This document shows, one piece after another, positions 9,390 through 18,234 of a stretch of 64,000 nt of DNA. The translations under genes and the position numbers were made by a program. The notes under the pieces are model-generated. The model ran no database searches. It worked only from the letters and a program-made list of their open reading frames with translations, and had not been told where the DNA came from. The first letter of the stretch is position 1. Each line of letters opens with the position of its first letter. The stretch comes from Verrucomicrobiota bacterium. Its GTDB lineage: Bacteria; Verrucomicrobiota; Verrucomicrobiia; Limisphaerales; VHDF01. Location of the stretch: positions 12,384 to 76,383 of the forward strand of contig VHDF01000011.1 of NCBI GenBank assembly GCA_016871495.1. Direction: 5' to 3'.

Positions 9390-10247
9390 TCAAACCACCG
9401 CGACGGTGTTGCGCAATTCCCCGATGCCGGAAATGCGAATCGCCACGACATCGCCGGCCTGCAACGTGAAATCGTCCGCGGGCACGATGCCGGTTCCCGT
9501 CAACAGAATTGCGCCATGGGGAAACTCCTGGCTGCGGTGCAAATAACCCGTGAGTTCCTCGAAACTCCGTTTGATCTGGCTCACCGCAGTCTCACCCGCA
9601 AACACCGTGGCGTTGCCGCGTTCGATGACCAGCGAGATCGTCCAAGTCCGGGCCTCGGCCTCCGTCGCGCCGAGAGTGATCACCGGACCGAGCGCGCAGG
9701 AGTTCTTGTAGATCTTTCCTTGCGGCAGATAGAGCAGGTTTTCGCCCTCAATATCGCGCGAGCTCATGTCATTGCCGATCGTAAATCCCACAAGCTGCCC
9801 GCGGGCGTTATGCACCAACGCCAGCTCAGGCTCCGGCACATTCCATCGCGCGTCTTGACGAATCCCCACCCGGCCCCCCGGCCCGGCCACCTTTTCCGGC
9901 ATGGACTTGAAAAACAGCTCCGGGCGCGGCGCTTCGTAAACCCGGTCGTAAGCGGTGGCGCTAAAATTGGATTCCTCCATGCGCGCTTTCTTGCTGCGCA
10001 GGTAAGTCACCCCGGCCGCCCAAACTTCCTGGTTCTCCACCGGCGCGAGGCATTCCACCTGCGGAACCAAATAGCGGACGTGGGATCGCTCCGCACACTC
10101 GGCAGCGCGAGCTGAAGGATCGGGAGCGTCGAGGATTTCCCGCAGCGACTGAACACCGGCGGGTGTGAGGTCCACCACCGTCTGTTCGCCGGTCAGAACG
10201 CCGGCACGCACGCGGCCCAGGGGATCACGGAAGCGGCAGATTTTCAT
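9390..10247 (-). CDS. Fumarylacetoacetate-hydrolase family protein
   Basis: EVWAAGVTY, RPELFFK, PEPELA, GNDMSSRDIEGENLLYLPQGK, LTGTG. Confidence 0.9.
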   Translation of the reverse strand: MKICRFRDPLGRVRAGVLTGEQTVVDLTPAGVQSLREILDAPDPSARAAECAERSHVRYLVPQVECLAPVENQEVWAAGVTYLRSKKARMEESNFSATAYDRVYEAPRPELFFKSMPEKVAGPGGRVGIRQDARWNVPEPELALVHNARGQLVGFTIGNDMSSRDIEGENLLYLPQGKIYKNSCALGPVITLGATEAEARTWTISLVIERGNATVFAGETAVSQIKRSFEELTGYLHRSQEFPHGAILLTGTGIVPADDFTLQAGDVVAIRISGIGELRNTVAVV

Positions 10248-10340
10248 GGAATGGAGGTCGAGCAACGGGGGAGAGCGAGGGGATTGGCCATGGGAATTGT
10301 AGGAATGAATGTGTCAGCCGAGTCCGGTGCGGTTCAAGAC

Positions 10341-11618
10341 TCAATCGTCCGATGAAACTCCGAGCAAGGTTCGGCGCAACAATTCCAAGGCTTGCTGGGA
10401 GGTCACATATTTGAAGGTCTCGCGATCCACGGGATTGAGACAATGCTTCACCACCGTGCGCTCCGGTGTGGCCAACCCCACGTAGGCCGTGCCCACCGGC
10501 TTTTGCGGCGTGCCTCCCGAGGGTCCGGCAATGCCGGTCACGGAAAGTGCGAAGTCTGCTCCCGACCTGGCCCGAGCGCCCTCGGCCATGGCGCGAGCTA
10601 CCGGCTCGCTGACCGCCCCTTCGGATTCGATCAAGGCGGCGGGCACACCCAACTGGGAGGTCTTGGCGGCATTGGCGTAGGTGACCCAGGACTGTATCAG
10701 CACCGCTGAAGCGCCGGGCACATTGGTGATGCGATTCGATATCCCGCCCCCGGTGCAAGACTCCGCCAAGGCCAGCGTTCTTCCGGCCCGGGTCAATTCG
10801 CGCACAACGACGCCCGGGAGTTGATCGTCCTCTTCGCCGTAAATGTAGTTCCCAAGGACCGAGCGCACCAACGCCTCGCCTTGCGAAACAAGTTCAACCG
10901 CGTTGGCCCCGCTCGCCGCAAGTCGAACCTCGACTTCCCCAACCCGGGCGCAATAACCGATCCCTAATCCGCGTTCGACCCACTGTCGGAGCGGAGCTGC
11001 CACCCGCTGTTCAACCCAAGATTCCCCCAGACCATGCGTCTTGAGCGTCTTGCAGGCAAAGGTCGCGCCCGGTTCGCGATGCCGTTGAATCAGCGGGATC
11101 ACCTGATCCTGGAACATCGGATACAGTTCCCGAGGCGGTCCCGGAAGCATGACCAGCCAGGAGGCCTTGCGATCGGTGCGCCAGGGATTAGGATCTGATC
11201 GGATGACCAGTCCGGGAGCCGTGCCGTGGTGGTTCGGCAAAACGATGGCGCCCTCGGGAATCAGGGCCTGAACGCGCGTGGAATCAGGCATCGGCCGGTT
11301 GCGGGCGGCAAAAAACGCCGCAATACGGTCGAGTGTCACTGGATCTTCTCGAAGTTTGAGTCCGAGCATCTCCGCGAGCGCGTCCCGGGTGAGATCGTCC
11401 GAAGTCGGCCCCAGCCCCCCTGTGCAGAAAATCCAATCCGCCCGGGAGAAGGATTCTCGGAGGGCGGACGTGATATCGTCGGCGGTGTCCGAGACAGCCA
11501 CTTGGCGTTGGACGGGCAACCCCAGGTCGGCCAGGCGGCGGCAAAGCCATTGCTGGTGGGTGTTGAGGACCCGGCCCAGCATCAGTTCACTGCCAGTATT
11601 GACGATTTCAACCTGCAA
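10341..11618 (-). CDS. cinA: CinA / nicotinamide mononucleotide deamidase (MoCF-binding + PncC domains); likely TTG start
   Basis: (L)QVEIVNTGSELMLG, TGGLGPTSDDLT, NHHGTAPG, LPGPPRE, AESCTGG, SVTGIAGP. The ORF-track extension to 12131 is antisense to rplM. Confidence 0.9.
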   Translation of the reverse strand: MQVEIVNTGSELMLGRVLNTHQQWLCRRLADLGLPVQRQVAVSDTADDITSALRESFSRADWIFCTGGLGPTSDDLTRDALAEMLGLKLREDPVTLDRIAAFFAARNRPMPDSTRVQALIPEGAIVLPNHHGTAPGLVIRSDPNPWRTDRKASWLVMLPGPPRELYPMFQDQVIPLIQRHREPGATFACKTLKTHGLGESWVEQRVAAPLRQWVERGLGIGYCARVGEVEVRLAASGANAVELVSQGEALVRSVLGNYIYGEEDDQLPGVVVRELTRAGRTLALAESCTGGGISNRITNVPGASAVLIQSWVTYANAAKTSQLGVPAALIESEGAVSEPVARAMAEGARARSGADFALSVTGIAGPSGGTPQKPVGTAYVGLATPERTVVKHCLNPVDRETFKYVTSQQALELLRRTLLGVSSDD

Positions 11619-11670
11619 AGTGGACAAACTCTTGCAATCGTCCTCCCGGGAGGGGAAGCAAAATAGGCTA

Positions 11671-11698
11671 TTGACTTGAAAAACCTCGTTGCTACCCT
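11671..11698 (+). promoter_or_regulatory. Probable sigma70 promoter of rplM-rpsI
   Basis: TTGACT-16nt-TACCCT, about 25 nt before the rplM ATG. Confidence 0.5.
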
Positions 11699-11723
11699 CT
11701 GCGTTCTTTATTTTGAAGGCTTG

Positions 11724-12158
11724 ATGAAAACGTACTTGCCGAAAATTGATGTGAACCAGCGTTGCTGGCACGTGGTGGATGCCGAGAACGCAATTCTCGG
11801 GCGATTGGCCAGCAAAGTAGCCGACGTCCTGCGTGGAAAAAACAAGCCGGTTTACACGCCGCACCTCGACGCCGGGGATTTCGTTGTCGTGATCAACGCG
11901 GACAAGGTCCGCGTGACCGGCAAGAAGGAAACGCAGAAAGAGTTCATGACTTATTCGGGCTGGAAAGGCGGCGAGAAGTTTAAGACCGTGGCTCAGGTCC
12001 GCGCCCGCCAGCCGGAACGATTGATCATGCACGCCGTCAAAGGCATGCTGCCCAAGAACCGTTTGGGCGACCGCCTCTTGACGAAGCTCAAAGTCTATCG
12101 CGGCTCGACTCACCCGCACCAAGCCCAGCAACCCGCCGCAATGACGGCCGGCAAGTAA
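11724..12158 (+). CDS. rplM: 50S ribosomal protein L13
   Basis: MKTY...WHVVDA...LGRLAS...GKNKPVYTPHLDAGDFVVVINADKV...GMLPKNRLG. Confidence 0.97.
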   Translation: MKTYLPKIDVNQRCWHVVDAENAILGRLASKVADVLRGKNKPVYTPHLDAGDFVVVINADKVRVTGKKETQKEFMTYSGWKGGEKFKTVAQVRARQPERLIMHAVKGMLPKNRLGDRLLTKLKVYRGSTHPHQAQQPAAMTAGK

Positions 12159-12185
12159 GCCCCCTCAACCCTTCCCAGAACGACT

Positions 12186-12587
12186 ATGTCGGACTCGAAA
12201 ATTCAGGAATTTCTCGGAACCGGACGGCGCAAGACGGCCGTTGCCCGCGTGCGACTGGCTTCCGGCAGCGGTAAAATTGTGGTCAACGGACGCGCCATCG
12301 AGGCCTATTTTTGCCTCGAATCCCAGCGCATGACCGTCACCCAGCCCTTGAGCGCCACCGGCACCACCGCCAAATTCGACGTGCGCGTCAGTGTTCAAGG
12401 CGGCGGCCCCAATGGACAAGCGGGCGCGACCCGTCACGGCATCGCCCGGGCTTTGCTCAAGGCCGACCCCACCTTCCGCCCCGTTCTGAAGGCTGAGGGC
12501 TTTCTCACTCGCGATCCTCGTATGCGGGAGCGCAAGAAGTACGGCCAGCCGGGCGCGCGCAAGCGATTCCAGTTCAGCAAGCGCTAA
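12186..12587 (+). CDS. rpsI: 30S ribosomal protein S9
   Basis: [12 protein letters not shown]; [10 protein letters not shown]; [27 protein letters not shown]. Confidence 0.98.
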   Translation: MSDSKIQEFLGTGRRKTAVARVRLASGSGKIVVNGRAIEAYFCLESQRMTVTQPLSATGTTAKFDVRVSVQGGGPNGQAGATRHGIARALLKADPTFRPVLKAEGFLTRDPRMRERKKYGQPGARKRFQFSKR

Positions 12588-12611
12588 TTCTCGATTCCCC
12601 ATTTCCATGGA

Positions 12612-12650
12612 ACGCCCCGTTGGTGGATACACTGGCGGGGCGTCTTTCTT
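12612..12650 (+). terminator. Intrinsic terminator after rpsI
   Basis: Stem ACGCCCCG/CGGGGCGT followed by CTTTCTT. Confidence 0.6.
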
Positions 12651-12719
12651 GTCCCCGGACCCAGGCGTGCGCCGCAAGCGCGTTTCCTGGGATGTTCCGT
12701 CGAAATCCAGCCCGTTCTC

Positions 12720-13796
12720 ATGACCTCTTCAAAACCATCACGGGTGGCCATTATCGGAGCCACCGGTTATTCGGGTGAGGAACTCGTTCGCATTCTGCTC
12801 CATCATCCCGGTGTGGATTTGGCGCTCGTCACCTCGCGCCCGAACGCGGGCCAAACAGTGGCCCAAGTGTATCCCAAGTTCGCCCACCATCCCAAGGCGC
12901 GCAGCCTGAAGTTCGTTGAGCCCGACGCCGCGAAGGTGGCACGCGAGGCGGACCTTGCCTTCCTCGCGCTGCCCCACGGGGTCGCCGCCGAATATGCCTT
13001 GCCCCTGCTCGAAGCCGGCTGCCGGGTCATCGATCTCAGCGCGGATTTCAGGCTGCGCGACGCTCAAACGTACGAGGAATTCTACGGACACGAACATCCC
13101 GCCCCCGGCTGGCTGGAGAAAGCGGTTTACGGGCTGCCGGAGGTCTATCGTGACCAGATTCGCGAGGCTTCCTTGATCGCCTCCCCGGGATGTTATCCCA
13201 CCAGCATCCTGCTCCCGGTCCTTCCCTTGGTGCGCGACCGGCTGATCCATCCGTCGTCCGTGATTGCGAGTTCGATGAGCGGCGTCTCGGGAGCGGGGCG
13301 CAAAGCGGAGTTGGATTATTTGTTCTGCGAATGCAATGAAAGCGTTCGCGCCTACGGCGTGCCGAAGCACCGGCACCTCTCCGAAATCGAGCAGGAAATC
13401 AGCCTGGCCGCCGGCGAGAAAACCACCATTCAATTCGTTCCTCACCTCATCCCGGTCAACCGCGGCATCCATACCACGATCTACGCCGCCCCCGTGCCCG
13501 ATTTGCGCAGCCCGGAAGCGAGGGAAAATTTCGAGGCCGCCGTGAAAGCTTCCTGGAGCCAAGCCTACTCCAGCGAGCCCTTCGTGCGATTGCTGGACGG
13601 CAAGAATCTCCCCGATACCAAGAACGTCGTCGGCAGCAATCTCATCGACATAGCCTGCCGACTGGACGCCCGGACCGGACGCCTGCTGATCTTCAGCGCC
13701 GAGGACAACATCGTCAAAGGCGCCGGGGGCCAGGCCGTGCAAAGCATGAACATTCTTTGCGGACTTCCGGAAACCATGGGGTTGTTGGCCGGTTAA
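12720..13796 (+). CDS. argC: N-acetyl-gamma-glutamyl-phosphate reductase
   Basis: IIGATGYSGEEL, ALPHG, IDLSADFR, SPGCYPTS, SGVSGAGRK, DNIVKGAGGQAVQ. Confidence 0.97.
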   Translation: MTSSKPSRVAIIGATGYSGEELVRILLHHPGVDLALVTSRPNAGQTVAQVYPKFAHHPKARSLKFVEPDAAKVAREADLAFLALPHGVAAEYALPLLEAGCRVIDLSADFRLRDAQTYEEFYGHEHPAPGWLEKAVYGLPEVYRDQIREASLIASPGCYPTSILLPVLPLVRDRLIHPSSVIASSMSGVSGAGRKAELDYLFCECNESVRAYGVPKHRHLSEIEQEISLAAGEKTTIQFVPHLIPVNRGIHTTIYAAPVPDLRSPEARENFEAAVKASWSQAYSSEPFVRLLDGKNLPDTKNVVGSNLIDIACRLDARTGRLLIFSAEDNIVKGAGGQAVQSMNILCGLPETMGLLAG

Positions 13797-13828
13797 TTCA
13801 ATGCCCGGTCCTGGGGAACGAATGCGTT

Positions 13829-13962
13829 CCGTGCATCCCGATGTTGCCGGTGATGCAGGTAGGGCGCGTCCGTCCCGGCGCGCCGCCGGAGCATGATGTT
13901 TTGCATCCAGTGGGCGGCGGGCTGGGACAGGCCCGCCCTACCAACAACATCGGGATGCACCG
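13829..13962. mobile_element. Family A MITE/REPIN (copy 2, opposite orientation)
   Basis: Reverse complement of copy 1 with one mismatch seen; perfect 9-bp DR GAATGCGTT at 13820-13828 and 13963-13971. Confidence 0.85.
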
Positions 13963-13971
13963 GAATGCGTT

Positions 13972-14039
13972 CGGTGTATCCAAAGGTTGTCGGTGACCGG
14001 GTGGTCGTGGTCACGCAGACAACCCTGTCTGCTGTTGGC
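13972..14039. mobile_element. Family C element, left part only
   Basis: CGGTGTATCCAAAGGTTGTCGGTGACCGGG..CACGCAGACAACCCTGTCTGCTG matches the C left end and starts right after the 9-bp DR. Confidence 0.75.
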
Positions 14040-14067
14040 TGATTTCGTTGGAGTGAACCCATGAACA

Positions 14068-14180
14068 AGCCGGAGGCTTGCCAGCGATTAGCCGGTGGTT
14101 GCGCGAGGAACGAGCGCTACCACCGGATCACGGTTCGCAGTCAAGGCCGATCCCGGAGGGATCGCAGCGTCGTACGGCTG
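14068..14180. repeat. Multi-hairpin palindromic element (single copy in window)
   Basis: Hairpins AGCC-GGA-GGCT, CCGGTGG..CCACCGG and GATCCC-GGA-GGGATC; REP-like appearance. Confidence 0.4.
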
Positions 14181-14209
14181 CGGAATGACTCACCCCCTCG
14201 TAAACCCCG

Positions 14210-14238
14210 TTGATTTAGCCTATTCCCCACTCTAGATT
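14210..14238 (+). promoter_or_regulatory. sigma70 promoter, probably giving a leaderless mRNA
   Basis: TTGATT-17nt-TAGATT, then 6 nt to ATG 14245; no SD. Confidence 0.55.
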
Positions 14239-14244
14239 CACTTC

Positions 14245-16290
14245 ATGAAATTTGCCCGATTGCTGGCTGTAGCCGCGTTCGCGTGCCTGCTCGTCCAGGC
14301 CAGCTTGGCCCAAACCGCCGACGACCGCTTCATTCAAATTTACCGCGCCATCAAACAGGCCGACCAGTTCTCGGAGAACGGCCAGTCGTCCGAGGCCTAC
14401 AAATTATACCGGGAAGCCCAGGACGAACTGCGCAAACTCCAAGCCTCCCAACCCAGTTGGAATCCCAAAGTTATCCAATACCGCCTGGGTTACGTCGCGG
14501 ACAAACTTTCCCTGCTCGCCCCCCGGGTTCCCGCCGACGTCCGCGACACCCAGCCCGCCCCGGTCACAACCCCCGCCTCGCCGTCCCCCTCCCAAATCAA
14601 CAACCTCGCTCAAGCCGCAGCCGAAGCCGCCGAGCTCCGGCAACAGCTTCAACGAATGCAAAGCGAGAAAACTCTCCTCGAATCGAAACTCCGCGAAGCT
14701 CTCCTCGCCCAACCGGCCGCGGTGGATCCTCGCGAGGTTGCCAAAGCCGAGGAAAAAGTCCGCCTCCTTCAAAAAGAAAACGAGACGATGCGCGTCACCC
14801 TCGAGTCCCAAAAGAAACGTCTCGAACGAGTCGTGGACCCGGCGGAGCATGATTCCCTTCGGCGCAATCTCGCGGACGCCCGCAAGAAAATCGACGAACA
14901 AGAGCGCTTGCTGGCGAGAAAACCCGCGGCTTCCATCAGCAATGCCGACCGCGACCGTTTGGAGGCCCTCCGCAAGGAGAACGAAATCCTCAAACAACAG
15001 CTCGCCTCCAGGCCTGGCACTCCCGCCCCTGACACCTCCTCACGGCGCATCGGCAACCTCGAACAGCAACTCAAACTCGCCCAAAATGAACTGGCTGCCG
15101 AGCGATCCAGTAGCGGGAACTTGCGCGACCAACTGCGGCAGGCGGAAAAAGAATCCGCCGAAAACCGGAAACAACTGAAGGCCCGCGAAGAATCGATCGC
15201 CGATCTCCAAAAGGAACGAGATACACTCAAACGCCGCGCCCAACGCCTCCCGCGCGCCACCCCAGGCTCCACCGAGGATCCTCGCCTCGCCGCCCTCGAA
15301 CGTGAATCCTCCAAACTCCAATCGGACCTCGCCGCCACCCGCGAGGAATTGAAACAATCCCAAAACACCGCCGAGGCCCTCCGCAAAAGCAATTCCGACC
15401 TCGAAACACGACTCGCCAAGGCCAGCAAGGAAACGGCCAAGGCCGCCGGGAAAGAGTCGGATCGCATCCGCAAACTCGAAAAGGAAAGGGACGACTTGCT
15501 CGCCCAAATCGAGGCTTCCAAGCGTTCTCGCCGGGGCGGCAGAGCGACAGAAGCCGCCCAGCTCCAGGCCAAACTCGACGTGCTTGAGGCGCGCAAGGTG
15601 CCCTTCACCCCCGAAGAACTCGCCCTCTTCAAAGCACCCCTTGTGCAAGTCACGCCGTCCACCGCCGAAACGAAATCAACACCCGCACCCCGCAAAGCCC
15701 CGGCGCTGCCCGCCGAAGCCACCCTCCTGGTCGCGGAAGCCGAACGCGCCTTCCAAAACCGGCAACTCAACGAAGCCGAGCAAAAATATCAAGCCCTGCT
15801 CAAACTCGACGCCAAGAACGTCAATACCCTTGCCAATCTCGCGGTGGTCGAAATGGAACAGAACCGCTTGGACGACGCCGAGAAACACTTGTCTCAGGCG
15901 ATCGCCGAGCTCCCCGAGGATTTCCGATCTCATTCGCTCATGGGGATTCTCCGTTTTCGCCAGAAACGTTTCGATGACGCCTTCGAATCCCTGAGTAAGT
16001 CCGCCAAACTGAATCCCAATGACGCCGAGACCCAAAACTATCTCGGTATCACCTTGAGCGAAAAGGGCCAAAGAATCCCAGCCGAGGCCGCCTTGCGCAA
16101 AGCCATCCAGCTCCAGCCCGGTTATGGCAACGCCCACCATAACCTCGCCATCATCTACACCACGCAAAAACCCCCCTTCATCGAACTCGCCCGCTGGCAC
16201 TACCAGAAATCCATCAGTGCCGGACACCCCCGCAATCCCGATCTCGAAAAAGCGATCGACAACGCCGCCACCACCGCCAAAACACCCTAG
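14245..16290 (+). CDS. Secreted coiled-coil + tetratricopeptide repeat protein
   Basis: Signal peptide; long E/K/R/Q heptad region; C-terminal TPRs (LANLAVV, HSLMGIL, QNYLGIT, HHNLAII). Confidence 0.85.
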   Translation: MKFARLLAVAAFACLLVQASLAQTADDRFIQIYRAIKQADQFSENGQSSEAYKLYREAQDELRKLQASQPSWNPKVIQYRLGYVADKLSLLAPRVPADVRDTQPAPVTTPASPSPSQINNLAQAAAEAAELRQQLQRMQSEKTLLESKLREALLAQPAAVDPREVAKAEEKVRLLQKENETMRVTLESQKKRLERVVDPAEHDSLRRNLADARKKIDEQERLLARKPAASISNADRDRLEALRKENEILKQQLASRPGTPAPDTSSRRIGNLEQQLKLAQNELAAERSSSGNLRDQLRQAEKESAENRKQLKAREESIADLQKERDTLKRRAQRLPRATPGSTEDPRLAALERESSKLQSDLAATREELKQSQNTAEALRKSNSDLETRLAKASKETAKAAGKESDRIRKLEKERDDLLAQIEASKRSRRGGRATEAAQLQAKLDVLEARKVPFTPEELALFKAPLVQVTPSTAETKSTPAPRKAPALPAEATLLVAEAERAFQNRQLNEAEQKYQALLKLDAKNVNTLANLAVVEMEQNRLDDAEKHLSQAIAELPEDFRSHSLMGILRFRQKRFDDAFESLSKSAKLNPNDAETQNYLGITLSEKGQRIPAEAALRKAIQLQPGYGNAHHNLAIIYTTQKPPFIELARWHYQKSISAGHPRNPDLEKAIDNAATTAKTP

Positions 16291-16366
16291 CCCGGAAGTC
16301 TCTTCCCTTTTCCGCGACAACAATTCTCCGGGCTCAGCGAACCACTCCAGGCAGCAGGCGTTTCCT

Positions 16367-16496
16367 CCTTAAAACGACCGTTCGCCACGGTGAAGTTTTG
16401 CAAAGGCCAATCCTTGATGGATCGGGTGAGTGATTCGGAAAGGCTTTATCGCTTGGACCTTGCGAATCCCCATGATGGGCAACTGCCGTTGTAAGC
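16367..16496. mobile_element. Family E MITE, degenerate copy
   Basis: Ends CCTTAAAACGACCGTT / AACTGCCGTTGTAAGC; core GGATCGGGTGAGTGATTCGGAAAGGCTTTATCGC shared with 63259-63420. Confidence 0.7.
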
Positions 16497-16549
16497 AAAA
16501 GAATCGTCACCTCCCATCCTCGACTCGCCTTGGGTCGAGGATCCACGCC

Positions 16550-16626
16550 GGGAGGGCTGCGTTCCACCGCAGCCCATCTTGATCACCCTCGGAAAAGGTG
16601 GGACGGCGGTGGAACGCCGCCCTCCC
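16550..16626. repeat. REP doublet (GGAG-led variant)
   Basis: GGAG-GGCTGCG-TTCCAC-CGCAGCC and its inverted partner GGACGGCGGTGGAACGCCGCC-CTCC. Confidence 0.65.
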
Positions 16627-16740
16627 GGAACCGAGCTGCATGGACACCTCGGGAGATCCGCATGCACGCCGTGGCGCGGCTGTATCGCAGACCCGCCGCA
16701 GCAACCTGCGAACATGGAGACGCAGTAGGTTTTTCCACGA

Positions 16741-16797
16741 GTGCCGGGCCGGGGTGCGGAACGGAGAGTAACTTCACCCTCAAGTTAGTCGGGAGGT
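16741..16797. repeat. Solo right end of family D element
   Basis: ...CACCCTCAAGTTAGTCGGGAGGT is the near reverse complement of 56411-56471 and shares TCCCGACTAACTTGA with the 25337-25620 TIRs. Confidence 0.7.
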
Positions 16798-16899
16798 CTC
16801 TACGAATTCACCTCGAATCGCCACGGCGACATTTGGTTTCCTTTGCGAGCCTTCACACCCCAGTATCAGCTCTGAAATCTTAACCCTGAATCTCCTGCT

Positions 16900-17112
16900 A
16901 TGGCCTTGCTCCGAGTCTCCGGTTTTCACAATATCGCCGCCCAACCCCAGCGAGAAGAGGAGCTGATCCTCAACACCGCCCATATCATGCTGGCTTACCC
17001 CGACATCCAGAGCCCCTCGCGCGGCACCCTCGTGCAACTGGTCCATGGGGACCAGATTCTCATCGCCATGAAGTTCGACGAGTTCTGGACGCTCGTTCAG
17101 CGGGAAACCTGA
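16900..17112 (+). CDS. Small hypothetical protein (70 aa)
   Basis: Protein-like composition with alternating beta-like segments; ends 13 nt before rsmD. Confidence 0.6.
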   Translation: MALLRVSGFHNIAAQPQREEELILNTAHIMLAYPDIQSPSRGTLVQLVHGDQILIAMKFDEFWTLVQRET

Positions 17113-17125
17113 TCTGATCTGAATC

Positions 17126-17755
17126 GTGAGAATCATCGGCGGAACAGCCGCGCGGCGTTTGCTCAAGGCTCCCTCGGGCTATGCCGTACGCCCCACGCCG
17201 GACCGCGTCAAACAAGCGGTCTTCAACAGCCTCGGCGACTTTGTCTCCGGCGCTTCCGTGCTGGAGCTGTTCGCCGGGACCGGCGCCCTCGGCCTCGAAT
17301 GCCTCAGCCGCGGCGCTCACCGCCTGGTTGCCGTCGAGAAATCAGACCGCCAGGCGCGGTTCATCCGCGAAAATGCCCGGACCGCCCAACTCGACACCTC
17401 CGCGCTCTCGCTCCGCATCCAGGATGTTTTCCCCGCCCTCTCTCAACTCCTCGCCGAAGGCGAACGGTTCCAATTGATTCTCGCCGACCCGCCCTATGGA
17501 GAAAAAAATTCGGGCCATCGTTCGCGCTCCCTCGCCCAAGCCTTGCTGGACGCACCTGCCCTCCTGGAACTCCTCGCGGAAAACGGACTCTTCGTCCTTG
17601 GCCACGCCAAACGGGATCAATTGACCCTTCCGCCAAGCTGGAAGGCCAAAAAGTCCCTGGAGCATGGCGACAACCGCATGCTCTTCCTTTTCAAATCTCC
17701 GACGCCACCCGGATCGCCGGACCCGGCAACACCTGCGGATCCGACCGCAGGCTAA
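17126..17755 (+). CDS. rsmD: 16S rRNA (G966-N2) methyltransferase RsmD
   Basis: MRIIGG, RPTPDRVKQAVFN, LELFAGTGALGLE, ADPPY. Confidence 0.93.
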   Translation: MRIIGGTAARRLLKAPSGYAVRPTPDRVKQAVFNSLGDFVSGASVLELFAGTGALGLECLSRGAHRLVAVEKSDRQARFIRENARTAQLDTSALSLRIQDVFPALSQLLAEGERFQLILADPPYGEKNSGHRSRSLAQALLDAPALLELLAENGLFVLGHAKRDQLTLPPSWKAKKSLEHGDNRMLFLFKSPTPPGSPDPATPADPTAG

Positions 17756-17819
17756 GCCAAGACCGCGACCCATCGGCAGCTCGGCCGGGGAAAACACAGC
17801 CCCGATCAAGCTCTCGAAT

Positions 17820-18083
17820 CTACTTCAACTTCGCCAACTTGGACGCGAGCCTGGACTCTTTGCGGCTCGCCGTCCCACGGTGAATCACTCCACCCTTGGA
17901 GGCTTTGCCCAATGCCGAAGCCACGTTCTTGAAGGCTTCGCCTGCCTGCGCCTTGTCGCCCGAGGTGGCGGCGGCCAAAAACTTCTTCTCGAGCGTTTTC
18001 AAGCGGGTCTTGACACTCCTGTTGCGGAGCCGTTTTCGGGCGCTGTTGCGGACGCGGCGTTCGGCGGACTTTGTATTCGGCAT
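17820..18083 (-). CDS. rpsT: 30S ribosomal protein S20
   Basis: MPNTKSAERRVR..RN..KTRLKT...KGGVIHRGTASRKESRL. Confidence 0.96.
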   Translation of the reverse strand: MPNTKSAERRVRNSARKRLRNRSVKTRLKTLEKKFLAAATSGDKAQAGEAFKNVASALGKASKGGVIHRGTASRKESRLASKLAKLK

Positions 18084-18109
18084 AAATTGGTTAAACGATA
18101 AGGTCGCGG

Positions 18110-18137
18110 ATGGTAACGCTCGTTTCCAGCTTGTCAA
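18110..18137 (-). promoter_or_regulatory. Probable sigma70 promoter of rpsT
   Basis: Minus strand TTGACA-16nt-TACCAT, 26 nt before the ATG. Confidence 0.6.
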
Positions 18138-18234
18138 CGCGCGGTTTAGCCTTGAATGAGGCTCTCCACGAAGTCTAGGCTGAAGGAACCCTGATTCATT
18201 TCATCAACCTCTTCGACGCATCGATTCGACCATT

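Noticed and set aside
10341-12131. 596-aa CinA as given in the ORF track
   Set aside because: The first 171 codons are antisense to rplM and its promoter; CinA homology starts at TTG 11618.
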